Positions 21,448-30,833 of a stretch of DNA of 64,000 bases are shown here, in pieces. The notes under the pieces are model-generated. The model was given only the letters and a program-made list of their open reading frames with translations, did no database searches and was not told the origin of the DNA. This DNA comes from an uncultured Actinomycetes bacterium (GTDB lineage: Bacteria; Actinomycetota; Thermoleophilia; UBA2241), in NCBI GenBank assembly GCA_963767005.1, contig CAVYCN010000010.1, positions 100,059-164,058 on the forward strand, written 5' to 3'. How positions within the stretch are numbered: position 1 is the stretch's first letter; every line of letters begins with the position of its first letter. The position numbers and the translations under genes were made by a program.

Positions 21448-22674
21448 ATGAGCGACACCGCCAGCAGCCAACCCGGCCACGGTCCGGCACCCACCGGGCC
21501 CGCTCCCGCCGACGCGAGCGGCGTGGGCAGCGGCCTCGACCCCACGGCCGACGGCCTCGCCGCCGCCGACGCCGTGGCGCGCGAGCCGCGGCGGCGCCGC
21601 GGTCTGCTCGACGCCGGCACCCCGCGCGTCGTCGCCTGGGAGGTCACCCGCAGCTGCAACCTGTCCTGCGCGCACTGCCGCGCGTCGGCTGCGCACGGGC
21701 CGTACGAGGGCGAGCTCTCGACCGCCGAGTGTCTCGAGCTCGTCGCGCAGATCGCCGCCGTGGGCAAGCCGATCCTCATCCTCACCGGCGGCGAGCCGCT
21801 CTTGCGCGACGATGTCTTCACGATCGCCGCGGCCGCCCGCGACGCCGGTCTGCGGCCGGTCATGGCGCCCAACGGCACGCTCGTCACGGCCGCCGCCGCG
21901 GCCCGCATGAAGGCCGCCGGCATCGGCCGCATCAGCGTCTCCATCGACTTTCCCGACGCCGCGGCGCACGACCGCTTCCGCGGCTGTCCCGGCGCCTTCG
22001 ACGCGGCCCTCGTCGGCATGCGCAACGCCCAGGACGCCGGCGTCGAGTTCCAGTTGAACGCAACGATCACGCGCCTGAACGTCGCCGAGCTGCCCCGCCT
22101 GGTGGCGCTGGCAGAGGAGCTCGGCGCGGTCAGCTTCCACCCCTTCATGCTGGTGCCGACCGGGCGCGGCAAGGAGCTTGCCGAGCAGGAGCTCGCGCCC
22201 GACGACTACGAGGCCGCGCTCAACTGGATCTACGACGCGCAGCGCTCGTCGCCGCTGTTCTTCAAGCCCACCGACGTGCCGCACTACTGGCGCGTCATGC
22301 GCCAACGGGCGCGGGCCGACGGCATGGCGCTCCAGGTCCATCCGCACGCCCACGGCGGCCTGGACACGCTGAGTCGCGGCTGCCTCGCCGGCGTGGGTTT
22401 CTGCTTCGTGTCGCACGTCGGCGACGTGCAGCCCTGCGGCTACTTCGACCGGTCGGCCGGCAACGTGCGGCGCGCCTCGTTCGGCGACATCTGGCGGGAC
22501 TCCGCTTTGTTCGCCGACCTGCGCGACCTGGCGGCGCTCAAGGGCAAGTGCGGCGCCTGCGACTTCAAGCGCGTCTGCGGCGGCTGCCGGGCGCGGGCCT
22601 ACGAGCGTACCGGCGACTACCTGGCCGAGGAGCCCTACTGCGCCTACCTGCCGCCGGGCTGGCCACCGGCCTGA
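21448..22674 (+). CDS. ahbD: Radical SAM/SPASM heme biosynthesis enzyme, AhbD (heme b synthase)-like
   Basis: VAWEVTRSCNLSCAHCRA, LTGGEPL, LVPTGRG, RGCLAGVGFCF, CGACDFKRVCGGCRARAY; located next to hemB and hemL. Confidence 0.75.
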   Translation: MSDTASSQPGHGPAPTGPAPADASGVGSGLDPTADGLAAADAVAREPRRRRGLLDAGTPRVVAWEVTRSCNLSCAHCRASAAHGPYEGELSTAECLELVAQIAAVGKPILILTGGEPLLRDDVFTIAAAARDAGLRPVMAPNGTLVTAAAAARMKAAGIGRISVSIDFPDAAAHDRFRGCPGAFDAALVGMRNAQDAGVEFQLNATITRLNVAELPRLVALAEELGAVSFHPFMLVPTGRGKELAEQELAPDDYEAALNWIYDAQRSSPLFFKPTDVPHYWRVMRQRARADGMALQVHPHAHGGLDTLSRGCLAGVGFCFVSHVGDVQPCGYFDRSAGNVRRASFGDIWRDSALFADLRDLAALKGKCGACDFKRVCGGCRARAYERTGDYLAEEPYCAYLPPGWPPA

Positions 22675-22701
22675 GGCGCGCCGCACGACGCGGCGCCCGC
22701 C

Positions 22702-23154
22702 TCAGAAGTGGTACTCGAGCTGGAGCGACTCGTCGACGAAGCCGTGCTTGCGATACAGCGCGGCCGCAGGGTCGTTGCCGAACATGGTCGAGACGGCCGC
22801 CTCGCGGCAACCGGCGGCGCGGAACCGCCGCAGCGCCTCGAGCAGCAGGGCGTCGCCGACGCCGCGGCCGCGGGCGCTCGCCGTCACGATGAGCTCGTCG
22901 ACGTAGCCCCAGCGGCCGCCGTGGAACAGGCCGGGGCGCATGAAGTAGGTGAGGGCGCCGATCGTGCGGCCGCCGAGCTCGGCCACGAGCACGCCGCTGT
23001 CGGGGTGGTCCTGGTAGGCCAGCACCTGCGCGGCGTCGACGCCGCTCTCGACGTCTTCGCCTTCGGCCAGCTCGCGGATGAGCTCGGCGACGGCCGCGGC
23101 CTCGTCGCCGCGGGCGTCGCGCACCAGGATGTCAGACGGCGACGAACCGGCCAT
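22702..23154 (-). CDS. GNAT family N-acetyltransferase
   Basis: VDELIVTASARGRGVG, NDPAAALYRKHGF; GGAGG RBS. Confidence 0.88.
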   Translation of the reverse strand: MAGSSPSDILVRDARGDEAAAVAELIRELAEGEDVESGVDAAQVLAYQDHPDSGVLVAELGGRTIGALTYFMRPGLFHGGRWGYVDELIVTASARGRGVGDALLLEALRRFRAAGCREAAVSTMFGNDPAAALYRKHGFVDESLQLEYHF

Positions 23155-23206
23155 GGGCGCCCTCCAACAGCGGGGAATCATGGTTGCCGTGGCCCGGCAC
23201 AGTAAT

Positions 23207-23224
23207 ATGTACTCTAAATCACAA
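23207..23224 (+). promoter_or_regulatory. Possible Rex operator upstream of the hemL-rex operon
   Basis: ATGTACTctaaATCACAA versus consensus TTGTGAA-N4-TTCACAA (9/14 match, good right half-site) in an AT-rich promoter-like patch. Confidence 0.35.
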
Positions 23225-23348
23225 GTCCGCCAAGGAACTACGTTACTGGCGCTCAGGCTTGCGTGACTTCGTTGCGCGCCTGGTCCGCCAAAGGACTACG
23301 TCGATGGCGCTCGGGCCGGGAGTGACCTGATCGAGCGCCTGGTCCGCC
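23225..23348 (+). repeat. Two tandem 58/59-bp units plus the start of a third, from the dispersed repeat family, in the hemL leader
   Basis: gtccgcc recurs at 23225, 23283 and 23342; the units share gtccgccaa..gactacgt...tggcgctc.gg...gtgac.t...gcgcctg. Confidence 0.75.
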
Positions 23349-23362
23349 GCTTGGGGAGGGGT

Positions 23363-24649
23363 GTGGGCACCGACACGTCGGCGCGCCTGTTCGACGAGGC
23401 CAGGCGCTTCATTCCGGGTGGGGTCAACTCGCCCGTCCGCGCGATGCAGGGCGTCGGCATGCCGCACCCCCTGTTCATCGAGCGGGCGAGCGGCGCGCAC
23501 GTGTGGGACGCCGACGGCAACGAGCTCGTCGACCTCGTCTCGTCGTGGGGTCCCATGATCCTGGGCTGGGGCCGGCCCGAGGTCGTCGCCGCGCTGCACG
23601 AGCAGGTCGAGCGCGGCACCAGCTTCGGCGCGCCGACCGCGCTCGAGGTCGAGCTCGCGCGGCTCGTCTGCGAGGCGGTGCCCTCGGTCGAGCTGGTGCG
23701 CATGGTCAACTCGGGCACCGAGGCGACCATGAGCGCGCTGCGCGTCGCGCGGGGCTTCACCGGCCGCGACAAGGTGGTCAAGTTCGTGGGCTGCTACCAC
23801 GGCCACGCCGACCCGTTCCTCGCGGCCGCCGGCAGCGGCGTGCTCACGCTGGCGCTGCCCGACAGTCCCGGCGTGACCAAGGGCACGACCGAGGACACCC
23901 TGCTCGTCGAGTTCAACGACGCGGCCGGCCTGAGCGAGCTCTTCGCCGCGCGTGGCGACGAGATCGCCTGCGTGATCGTCGAGCCGGTCGCCGGCAACAT
24001 GGGCGTGGTACCGCCCGAGCCCGGCTTTCTCGAGACCGCCCGCCGGCTGTGCACCGACGCCGGCGCCCTGCTTATCTTCGACGAGGTCATCACCGGCTTC
24101 CGCGTGGCCTGGGGCGGCGCCCAGGCGCGCTTCGATGTGACGCCCGACCTGACGACGCTCGGCAAGATCATCGGCGGCGGCCTGCCGGTCGGCGCCTTCG
24201 GCGGCCGGCGCGAGATCATGGAGACGGTGGCGCCGCTCGGCGCCACCTACCAGGCAGGCACGCTGTCGGGCAACCCGCTCGCTATGGCGGCTGGCGTCGC
24301 CACGCTGCGCGTGCTGGCCGAGCCCGGCACCTACGAGCGCCTCGAGACGCGCGCCCTGCAGCTCTGCGAGCCGCTCGTCGAGGCCGCGCTCGCGGCCGGC
24401 GCGGCGGTCACGCTCAACCGCGTCGGCGCGATGATGACGCTGTTCTTCTGCGAAGGTCCGGTGCGCGATTTCGCCGGCGCGCGGCGCGCCGACACGGCGC
24501 TCTACGCGCGCTGGTTCCGGCACATGCTCGCGCACGGCGTGTACGTGGCGCCCTCGCAGTTCGAGGCGGCGATGGTCTCGCTCGCCCTGACCGACGCCGA
24601 CACGGCCGCCGTGGCGGACGCGGCGGCGTCGTTCTTCGCGGGCCTGTAG
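23363..24649 (+). CDS. hemL: Glutamate-1-semialdehyde 2,1-aminomutase
   Basis: [65 protein letters not shown]. Confidence 0.97.
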   Translation: MGTDTSARLFDEARRFIPGGVNSPVRAMQGVGMPHPLFIERASGAHVWDADGNELVDLVSSWGPMILGWGRPEVVAALHEQVERGTSFGAPTALEVELARLVCEAVPSVELVRMVNSGTEATMSALRVARGFTGRDKVVKFVGCYHGHADPFLAAAGSGVLTLALPDSPGVTKGTTEDTLLVEFNDAAGLSELFAARGDEIACVIVEPVAGNMGVVPPEPGFLETARRLCTDAGALLIFDEVITGFRVAWGGAQARFDVTPDLTTLGKIIGGGLPVGAFGGRREIMETVAPLGATYQAGTLSGNPLAMAAGVATLRVLAEPGTYERLETRALQLCEPLVEAALAAGAAVTLNRVGAMMTLFFCEGPVRDFAGARRADTALYARWFRHMLAHGVYVAPSQFEAAMVSLALTDADTAAVADAAASFFAGL

Positions 24650-24651
24650 CG

Positions 24652-25308
24652 GTGGCGCGCCCCCTCGACAAGAGCCTTGTGCCGGCGGTCACCGTGCCGC
24701 GCCTCAGCATGTACCTGCGCAAGCTGCGCGAGCTGCAGGCGCGCGGGGTCGAGCGCGTGTCGTCGAAGCAGCTCGCCGAGATGATCGACCTGAACGCCGC
24801 CCAGATCCGCAAGGACTTCTCGTACTTCGGCGAGTTCGGGACACGCGGCGTCGGGTACGAGGTCGAGCGCCTGGTCGACGAGATCAAGCGCTGCCTGGGC
24901 CTCGAGCGCTCCTGGAACGTGATCATCGTCGGCGCCGGCTCGCTGGGCACCGCCCTCGCCCGCTACCGGGGCTTCGCCGAGCAGGGCTTCCGCCTGATCG
25001 CCATGTTCGACGCCTCGCGCCGCAAGGTGGGAGCGAGCTTCGGCGACGGGCGCACGGTGCGCGACGTCGCCGGCCTCGAGGCCTTCTGCCGCGAAGAGCC
25101 GGTCGACATCGCGATCGTGGCCGTGCCGGCCCACGCCGCCCAGTCGATCATCGACCGCCTCACCGGCCTCGAGCCCGAGCGTCGCGTGCGCGCCGTCCTC
25201 AACTTCGCGCCGGTCAAGGTGTTCGCGCCGCGCGACGTCGTCGTGCGCCAGGTCGACTTCTCGAGCGAGCTCATGTTCCTGTCGTTCTACCTCGACCGCG
25301 AGGCCTGA
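24652..25308 (+). CDS. rex: Redox-sensing transcriptional repressor Rex
   Basis: RLSMYLRKL, AAQIRKDFSYFGEFGTRGVGY, IVGAGSLGTAL, VLNFAP. Confidence 0.95.
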   Translation: MARPLDKSLVPAVTVPRLSMYLRKLRELQARGVERVSSKQLAEMIDLNAAQIRKDFSYFGEFGTRGVGYEVERLVDEIKRCLGLERSWNVIIVGAGSLGTALARYRGFAEQGFRLIAMFDASRRKVGASFGDGRTVRDVAGLEAFCREEPVDIAIVAVPAHAAQSIIDRLTGLEPERRVRAVLNFAPVKVFAPRDVVVRQVDFSSELMFLSFYLDREA

Positions 25309-25312
25309 GGCC

Positions 25313-25960
25313 GTGGACGAGCAGGCGATCCGCGAAGCGCTGCGGGCGGCGGCGGCGCCGTTTGCGACGGCGCCGCCGCCGCCCGCCCTCGATCTCGTCT
25401 ACGCCCCGCTGTTCCGCGCCCTGGCTCCGACGGGCGCCGCGGCGCACGCGCTGGCCCTCGAGTTCGTCTACGAGGGCTACCTCGCCCACTACCGCGCGCC
25501 GCGCGTGCTCGCGCCCGGCACGACGCTCTCCACCCGACTGCTCGCCGGCGACCACTTCGACGCGAGCGGCTTGCGCCTGGTCGCCCGTCAGGGCGACCTC
25601 GACGCGGTCAAGCTGCTGACGAAGCTGATGGCGAGCCTGTCCTGGCTGCGCGCCGAGCAGCATCCGTTCGCCTACGACGACGACCTGTGGGCGCTGTGCG
25701 TGGCCGGCATCGCGTCGGCCGCGGCGGGCGGCAACGCGGTCGCCGCGCTGCACGCCTTCGGCGAGGTCGGCCGGCTCTACGAGCGCGACCGCGTCCAGCG
25801 CCTGCCCGATCTGGTGCGGCGCTCGGCGGCGTCGCTGTGGCTGCGCGACCCGGCGCCGCTGCGCGCCGCGCTGCGACTCGACGACGCCGAGAGCGCCCCG
25901 CCGGCCGGCCCCGAGCCGCCGGCCGCCGACGACGTCCTGCCCGGCGAGGCGGCGCTGTGA
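25313..25960 (+). CDS. Hypothetical protein, possible isoprenoid-synthase-fold small subunit (HepS-like)
   Basis: EFVYEGYLAHY and LLAGDHF motifs; embedded in the operon with a GTGA overlap to the next gene. Confidence 0.65.
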   Translation: MDEQAIREALRAAAAPFATAPPPPALDLVYAPLFRALAPTGAAAHALALEFVYEGYLAHYRAPRVLAPGTTLSTRLLAGDHFDASGLRLVARQGDLDAVKLLTKLMASLSWLRAEQHPFAYDDDLWALCVAGIASAAAGGNAVAALHAFGEVGRLYERDRVQRLPDLVRRSAASLWLRDPAPLRAALRLDDAESAPPAGPEPPAADDVLPGEAAL

Positions 25961-27432
25961 GCCTGCGCGACTTCGTCGAGCTGCTGCGCCGCGAGGGCGA
26001 GCTCGCCGTCGTGTCGGCGCCGGTCGACCCCTACCTCGAGATGGCCGAGATCGCCGACCGGGCAAGCAAGGCGCAGGGGCCGGCGCTGCTCTTCGAGCGG
26101 CCCGAGCCCGCGACCGCGACCGGCGGTTCGCCGCCGGCCAACGCCCACCGCGCGCGCGGGCCACTCCCGCCGGTGCTCATGAACCAGTTCGGCTCGTACC
26201 GGCGGCTCGAGCTCGCCCTGGGCGCGCCCCTCGACGAGATCGCCGGCCGCATCGCCGGGCTCGTCGAGCTCCAGGTCCCGCGTGGCCTCGTCGGCAAGGT
26301 CAAGGCCCTCGGTCAGCTCCGCGAGCTCGCCTCGTTCACGCCGAAGGTCGTCGGCAAGGCGGCGTTTCGCGAGGTCGTGGTCGAGCCGCCCGACCTCGCG
26401 CGCCTGCCGGTGCTCACCACCTGGCCGGGCGACGGCGGACCGTTCGTCACGCTGCCGGTCTGCGTCACCAAGGACGCCGAGGGCCGCCGCAACGCCGGCA
26501 TGTACCGCCTGCAGGTCTACGACGGGCGCACGACCGGCATGCACTGGCACGTGCATCACGACGGCGCCGCCAACTTCCGCGAGGCCGACGGCCGCCTCGA
26601 GGTGGCCGTCGCCCTGGGCACCGACCCGGCCGTCACCTACGCGGCCACGGCGCCGCTGCCGGCCGGCATCGACGAGCTCATGTTCGCCGGCTTCCTGCGC
26701 GGCCGGCCGGTCGAGCTTGCGGCCTGCTCCACGGTCGACCTCGAGGTGCCGGCCGACGCCGAGATCGTGCTCGAGGGCTACGTCGACAAAGGCGAGCTGC
26801 GTCGCGAGGGACCGTTCGGCGACCACACCGGGTACTACTCGCTCGCCGACGACTACCCCGTCTTCCACCTCACGGCGATGAGCATGCGGCGCGACGCGAC
26901 CTACCCGGCGACGATCGTGGGGCGGCCGCCCATGGAGGACTGCTTCCTGGGCAAGGCCACCGAGCGCCTCTTCCTGCCGCTGCTGCGCCTGACCCTGCCC
27001 GAGATCGTCGACCTCGAGCTGCCCATCGAGGGCGTCTTCCACGACTGCGCCGTCGTCTCGATCCGCAAGGCCTACCCGGGGCACGCGCGCAAGGTGATGA
27101 GCGCCGTCTGGGGCATGGGGCAGATGATGTTCACCAAGTTCGTCGTCGTGGTCGACGAGCACGTCGACGTGCACGACCCGCGCGAGGTCGCCTGGCGGGT
27201 CTTCAACAACGTCGACCCGCGGCGCGACACGATGATCGTCGACGGGCCGCTCGACGTGCTCGACCACTCGAGCCCGACCGCCGGCCACGGCGCGAAGATG
27301 GGCATCGATGCCACCAAGACCTGGCCCGACGAGGGCCACCCGCGCGAGTGGCCCGACGAGCTCACCATGGACCCGGCGGTGAAGGCCCGGGTCGAGGCGC
27401 GCTGGGCGGAGCTCGGCCTGGACTTCCGGTAG
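25957..27432 (+). CDS. ubiD: UbiD-family menaquinone biosynthesis decarboxylase (MqnL-like)
   Basis: GPALLFE, RNAGMYRLQ, EGPFGDHTGYY, GRPPMED, KMGIDAT. Confidence 0.92.
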   Translation: MSLRDFVELLRREGELAVVSAPVDPYLEMAEIADRASKAQGPALLFERPEPATATGGSPPANAHRARGPLPPVLMNQFGSYRRLELALGAPLDEIAGRIAGLVELQVPRGLVGKVKALGQLRELASFTPKVVGKAAFREVVVEPPDLARLPVLTTWPGDGGPFVTLPVCVTKDAEGRRNAGMYRLQVYDGRTTGMHWHVHHDGAANFREADGRLEVAVALGTDPAVTYAATAPLPAGIDELMFAGFLRGRPVELAACSTVDLEVPADAEIVLEGYVDKGELRREGPFGDHTGYYSLADDYPVFHLTAMSMRRDATYPATIVGRPPMEDCFLGKATERLFLPLLRLTLPEIVDLELPIEGVFHDCAVVSIRKAYPGHARKVMSAVWGMGQMMFTKFVVVVDEHVDVHDPREVAWRVFNNVDPRRDTMIVDGPLDVLDHSSPTAGHGAKMGIDATKTWPDEGHPREWPDELTMDPAVKARVEARWAELGLDFR

Positions 27433-27438
27433 GCCGTC

Positions 27439-28320
27439 GTGGCGTCCGCGTCCCACTCGTCCGGCGCCCTGCGGCCGGCCCTGTTCGCCCGTCTCGTCAA
27501 GGTCGAGCACAGCGTCTACGCGCTGCCCTTCGCCTACGCCGGCGCCTTCCTCGCGGAGCGGCGCGTGCCGTCGTGGCAGACGCTCGTCTGGATCACGGTG
27601 GCGATGGTCGCGGCGCGCAGCGCGGCGATGGCCCTGAACCGCCTGATCGACGCCGGCATCGACGCCCGCAACCCGCGCACGGCACAGCGCGAGCTGCCCA
27701 CCGGCCTGCTGTCGAAAGCCGAGGTCGTCGGCTTCACGGCCGCCTCGCTCGGCGTGCTCGTGCTGGCCGCCTTCTACCTGTCGCCGCCCTGCCGCTACCT
27801 GTGGCCGATCGTCGTCGTGGCTTTCATCGTCTACCCGTACACCAAGCGCTTCACCTGGTTCTGCCACTACGCGCTCGGCCTCACCGACGGTCTCGCGCCG
27901 GCCGCCGCCTGGGTCGCGGTCTCGGGCCACATCGCGCTCGCGCCGGTGCTGCTGTTCGTGGCGGTCGGCCTGTGGGTGGGCGGCTTCGATGTGATCTACG
28001 CGATCTTCGACATCGACTTCGACCGTCGCGAGGGCATCCACTCGATCCCGGTGTCGCTCGGCACGGGCCGCTCGCTCGGCGTCGCCGCGCTCTCGCATCT
28101 GGTCGCGATCGCCCTGCTACTCGCCGTCGGCCCGCTGGTCGGCCTCGGCTGGGTGTACGCGGCCGGTTGCCTGGTCGTGGCGGCGTTGCTCGCCGGCTCG
28201 CACGTCGACATCGCGCGTCGCGGCCTCGACCGCGTCGGCATGGGCTTCATGACCGTGAACGGCGTCGTGGGGGTGGTCTACGGCGTGGTCGCGATCGTGG
28301 CGGTCGTGCTGCGGGCGTGA
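27439..28320 (+). CDS. mqnP: UbiA-family polyprenyltransferase (MqnP-like)
   Basis: VKVEHSVYALPF, NRLIDAGIDARNPRT, YPYTKRF, GFDVIYA. Confidence 0.88.
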   Translation: MASASHSSGALRPALFARLVKVEHSVYALPFAYAGAFLAERRVPSWQTLVWITVAMVAARSAAMALNRLIDAGIDARNPRTAQRELPTGLLSKAEVVGFTAASLGVLVLAAFYLSPPCRYLWPIVVVAFIVYPYTKRFTWFCHYALGLTDGLAPAAAWVAVSGHIALAPVLLFVAVGLWVGGFDVIYAIFDIDFDRREGIHSIPVSLGTGRSLGVAALSHLVAIALLLAVGPLVGLGWVYAAGCLVVAALLAGSHVDIARRGLDRVGMGFMTVNGVVGVVYGVVAIVAVVLRA

Positions 28321-28347
28321 GCGGCGAGCGTCGTGAAAGGCGCGGTA

Positions 28348-28394
28348 GGATAGGGGCGGTCGCCGCGCCGCCGGCGCGGCGACCGCCCCTATCC
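28348..28394. repeat. 22-bp perfect inverted repeat, REP-like, within the menaquinone operon
   Basis: ggataggggcggtcgccgcgcc-gcc-ggcgcggcgaccgcccctatcc, with GTAG at its 5' edge. Confidence 0.6.
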
Positions 28395-28417
28395 CGGCGA
28401 CCCGAGGAGCGCCCGAC

Positions 28418-29026
28418 GTGACGCAGCCGCCCACCAGCCTGTTCGTCGGCATCACCGGCGCGAGCGGCGCACGCTACGCCCTGCGCCTGCTGCAGGCGCT
28501 CGGCGAGCACGGCTGCGAACTCTCGCTGTGCGTCTCCGACGCCGGGGTGGCCGTGGTGGCCCACGAGCTCGAGCTCGGCCTGAGCGGCCGCGCCGAGGTC
28601 GAGGCCGCTCTGCTCGCGGCCGCCGGGGTCGCGGCGCGGGTCTACGGCCCCGACGACATCGGGGCGCCCATGGCGAGCGGCAGCAACTTCCCCGACGCCG
28701 CCGTGATCTGCCCGTGCTCACTGTCGTCGGTCGCCCACATCGCGCTCGGCACGAGCCGCACGCTGATCCACCGGGTCGGCGACGTCGCCCTCAAAGAGGG
28801 CCGGCCGCTCGTGCTCGTGCCGCGCGAGACGCCGCTGTCCGAGATCCACCTCGCCCGCCTGCTCGAGGTGCGCCGCGCCGGCGCCGTCGTCGTGCCGCCC
28901 ATGCCGGGCTTCTACGGCCTGCCGCGCAGCCTCGACGACGTCGTCGACTTCGTGACCGGCAAGGTGCTGCAGGCCCTCGGGTTCGAGCAGCGGCTCGCGC
29001 CGCCTTGGCGGGGGGAGCGGTCGTGA
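28418..29026 (+). CDS. ubiX: UbiX-family flavin prenyltransferase
   Basis: VGITGASG, ASGS, PCSLSS, LKEGRPLVLVPRETP, PPMPGFY. Confidence 0.93.
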   Translation: MTQPPTSLFVGITGASGARYALRLLQALGEHGCELSLCVSDAGVAVVAHELELGLSGRAEVEAALLAAAGVAARVYGPDDIGAPMASGSNFPDAAVICPCSLSSVAHIALGTSRTLIHRVGDVALKEGRPLVLVPRETPLSEIHLARLLEVRRAGAVVVPPMPGFYGLPRSLDDVVDFVTGKVLQALGFEQRLAPPWRGERS

Positions 29027-29736
29027 GCGCGACCGCTCCCGACCGCGACCCGCAGCGCATCGTCGGCATGTTCGACCGCATCGTGCCGCGCTACGACCTC
29101 ATGAACCGGCTCATGACCGCCGGCCTCGACCGGCGCTGGCGGGCGGCGGCGGCCGCCGCCGCCGCGCCGCCGCCCGCGGCCCCGCTGCTCGACGTCTGCT
29201 GCGGCACGGGTGACCTCACGCTGGCCTTGGCCGCTGCCTACCCCGGCACCCCGCTGACCGGCCTCGATGCCTCGCGCGCCATGCTCACGCAGGCGCGCGC
29301 CAAGGCGGCGCGGGCCGGCGTCGCCGTCGAGTTCGTGCGTGGCGACCTGCTCGCTCTGCCCTTCGCAGACGACACCTTCGGAGCCGTGACCGTGGGCTGG
29401 GGCGTGCGCAACGTCGCCGATCTCGAGCGCGCCTTCGCCGAGATGACGCGGGTCGCGCGACCGGGCGCGCACGTGGTCTGCCTCGAGGCGACCACCCCGC
29501 TCAGCGCGTCCGGGCGCCGTTTTCACGCCGTCTGGTTCGAGCGCGTCGTACCCGCCATGGGGGCGCTCGTCGCCGGCGACGCCGAGGCTTATGCGTACCT
29601 GCCGGCCTCGGTGCGCGCGTTCCCCGACGTCGAGGGCCTGGCCGCGGTCATGCGCGGCGCCGGCCTGCGCCACGTGCGCTACCGGCTGTTTGGCTTCGGC
29701 GCCATGGCCCTGCACCTGGGCGAGACGCCGTCGTGA
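29023..29736 (+). CDS. menG: Demethylmenaquinone methyltransferase (MenG/UbiE)
   Basis: MFDRIVPRYDLMNRLMTAGLDRRWR, LDVCCGTGD, GVRNV, AYAYLPASV. Confidence 0.9.
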   Translation: MSATAPDRDPQRIVGMFDRIVPRYDLMNRLMTAGLDRRWRAAAAAAAAPPPAAPLLDVCCGTGDLTLALAAAYPGTPLTGLDASRAMLTQARAKAARAGVAVEFVRGDLLALPFADDTFGAVTVGWGVRNVADLERAFAEMTRVARPGAHVVCLEATTPLSASGRRFHAVWFERVVPAMGALVAGDAEAYAYLPASVRAFPDVEGLAAVMRGAGLRHVRYRLFGFGAMALHLGETPS

Positions 29737-30716
29737 AACCGGCCGACATCCTGTCGTGGCGCTCGGCCGCCCAGCGCCACCGCGTCGCCGCCGGCCTCGC
29801 GGCGGTCGAGGAGCGCCTGCAGCGCACCGTCTCGGCGCTGCCGGGGCGGCTCGGCGAGGCGGCCGGCTCGACCCTGGCCGCCGGCGGCAAGCGCCTGCGT
29901 CCGCTGCTCGTGCTGCTGGCGGCGCGCAACACCGGCCCGCTCGACGGGCCGGTGTTGCGCGCCGCCAGCGCCGTCGAGCTCGTCCACATGGCGACGCTCG
30001 TACACGACGACGTGCTCGATCACGCCGACCTGCGTCGCGGCCTGCCGACCGTGGCCCGCAGCTACGGCGACGAGATGGCCGTCTCGACCGGCAACTTCCT
30101 GCTGGCCCAGGCCTTCGCCGAGCTCGCCGACACAGGCGACGCGGGTGCCGTAGCCGACCTGTCCGAGGTCGCCTGGGGCCTGTCCGAGGGCGAGCGCCTG
30201 CAGGCCGACGACGCCTTCCGCCTGACGGTCACGGTCGACGACTACCTGCGCCGCTGCCGTCTGAAGACAGCCGACCTGTTCGCGGTGGCCTGCCGGCTCG
30301 GCGCTCAGCTCTCGGGGCTGGGCGACGAGAACGTGGCGGCCCTCGGCGCGTTCGGCGACTCGCTCGGGCTCTCGTTCCAGATCCTCGACGACATCCTCGA
30401 CCTGACCGGCGACGAGGCCGTCACCGGCAAGCGCCGCGGCACCGACCTGCGCGACGGCACCGTGACCCTGCCGATCGTGCTCGCCCTCGAGGCGCGGCCC
30501 GAGATCGGGCCGCGCCTCGTCACCTGTCGCGACAACGAGACCTGCCTGGAGCAGGTCGTCGACGACGTGCTGAGCTGCGGCTCGATCGACGGCGCCCGGG
30601 CGATCGCGCTCGACTTCATGAACAGGGCGCGCGACCTGCTCGCAGCCTGTCCGGGTGGCTTCGAGCGCGAGCTGCTCGACGAGCTCGCCGCCTCGATGGT
30701 CGACCGCTACAACTGA
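29733..30716 (+). CDS. Polyprenyl diphosphate synthase (HepT-like)
   Basis: GGKRLRP, ELVHMATLVHDDVLD, RRG, KTA, FQILDDILD, GTDL. Confidence 0.92.
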   Translation: MKPADILSWRSAAQRHRVAAGLAAVEERLQRTVSALPGRLGEAAGSTLAAGGKRLRPLLVLLAARNTGPLDGPVLRAASAVELVHMATLVHDDVLDHADLRRGLPTVARSYGDEMAVSTGNFLLAQAFAELADTGDAGAVADLSEVAWGLSEGERLQADDAFRLTVTVDDYLRRCRLKTADLFAVACRLGAQLSGLGDENVAALGAFGDSLGLSFQILDDILDLTGDEAVTGKRRGTDLRDGTVTLPIVLALEARPEIGPRLVTCRDNETCLEQVVDDVLSCGSIDGARAIALDFMNRARDLLAACPGGFERELLDELAASMVDRYN

Positions 30717-30833
30717 AGAAGGGCAGAAGACGAGCACGACGGGCGGCTGCCGGCGACGCAGCCCGGCGACGAAGGAAGGCAACGACGGACGGGCTCGCGA
30801 GCGCCGGTGCGCGGTGAGCCGAGCGGAAGTGAG

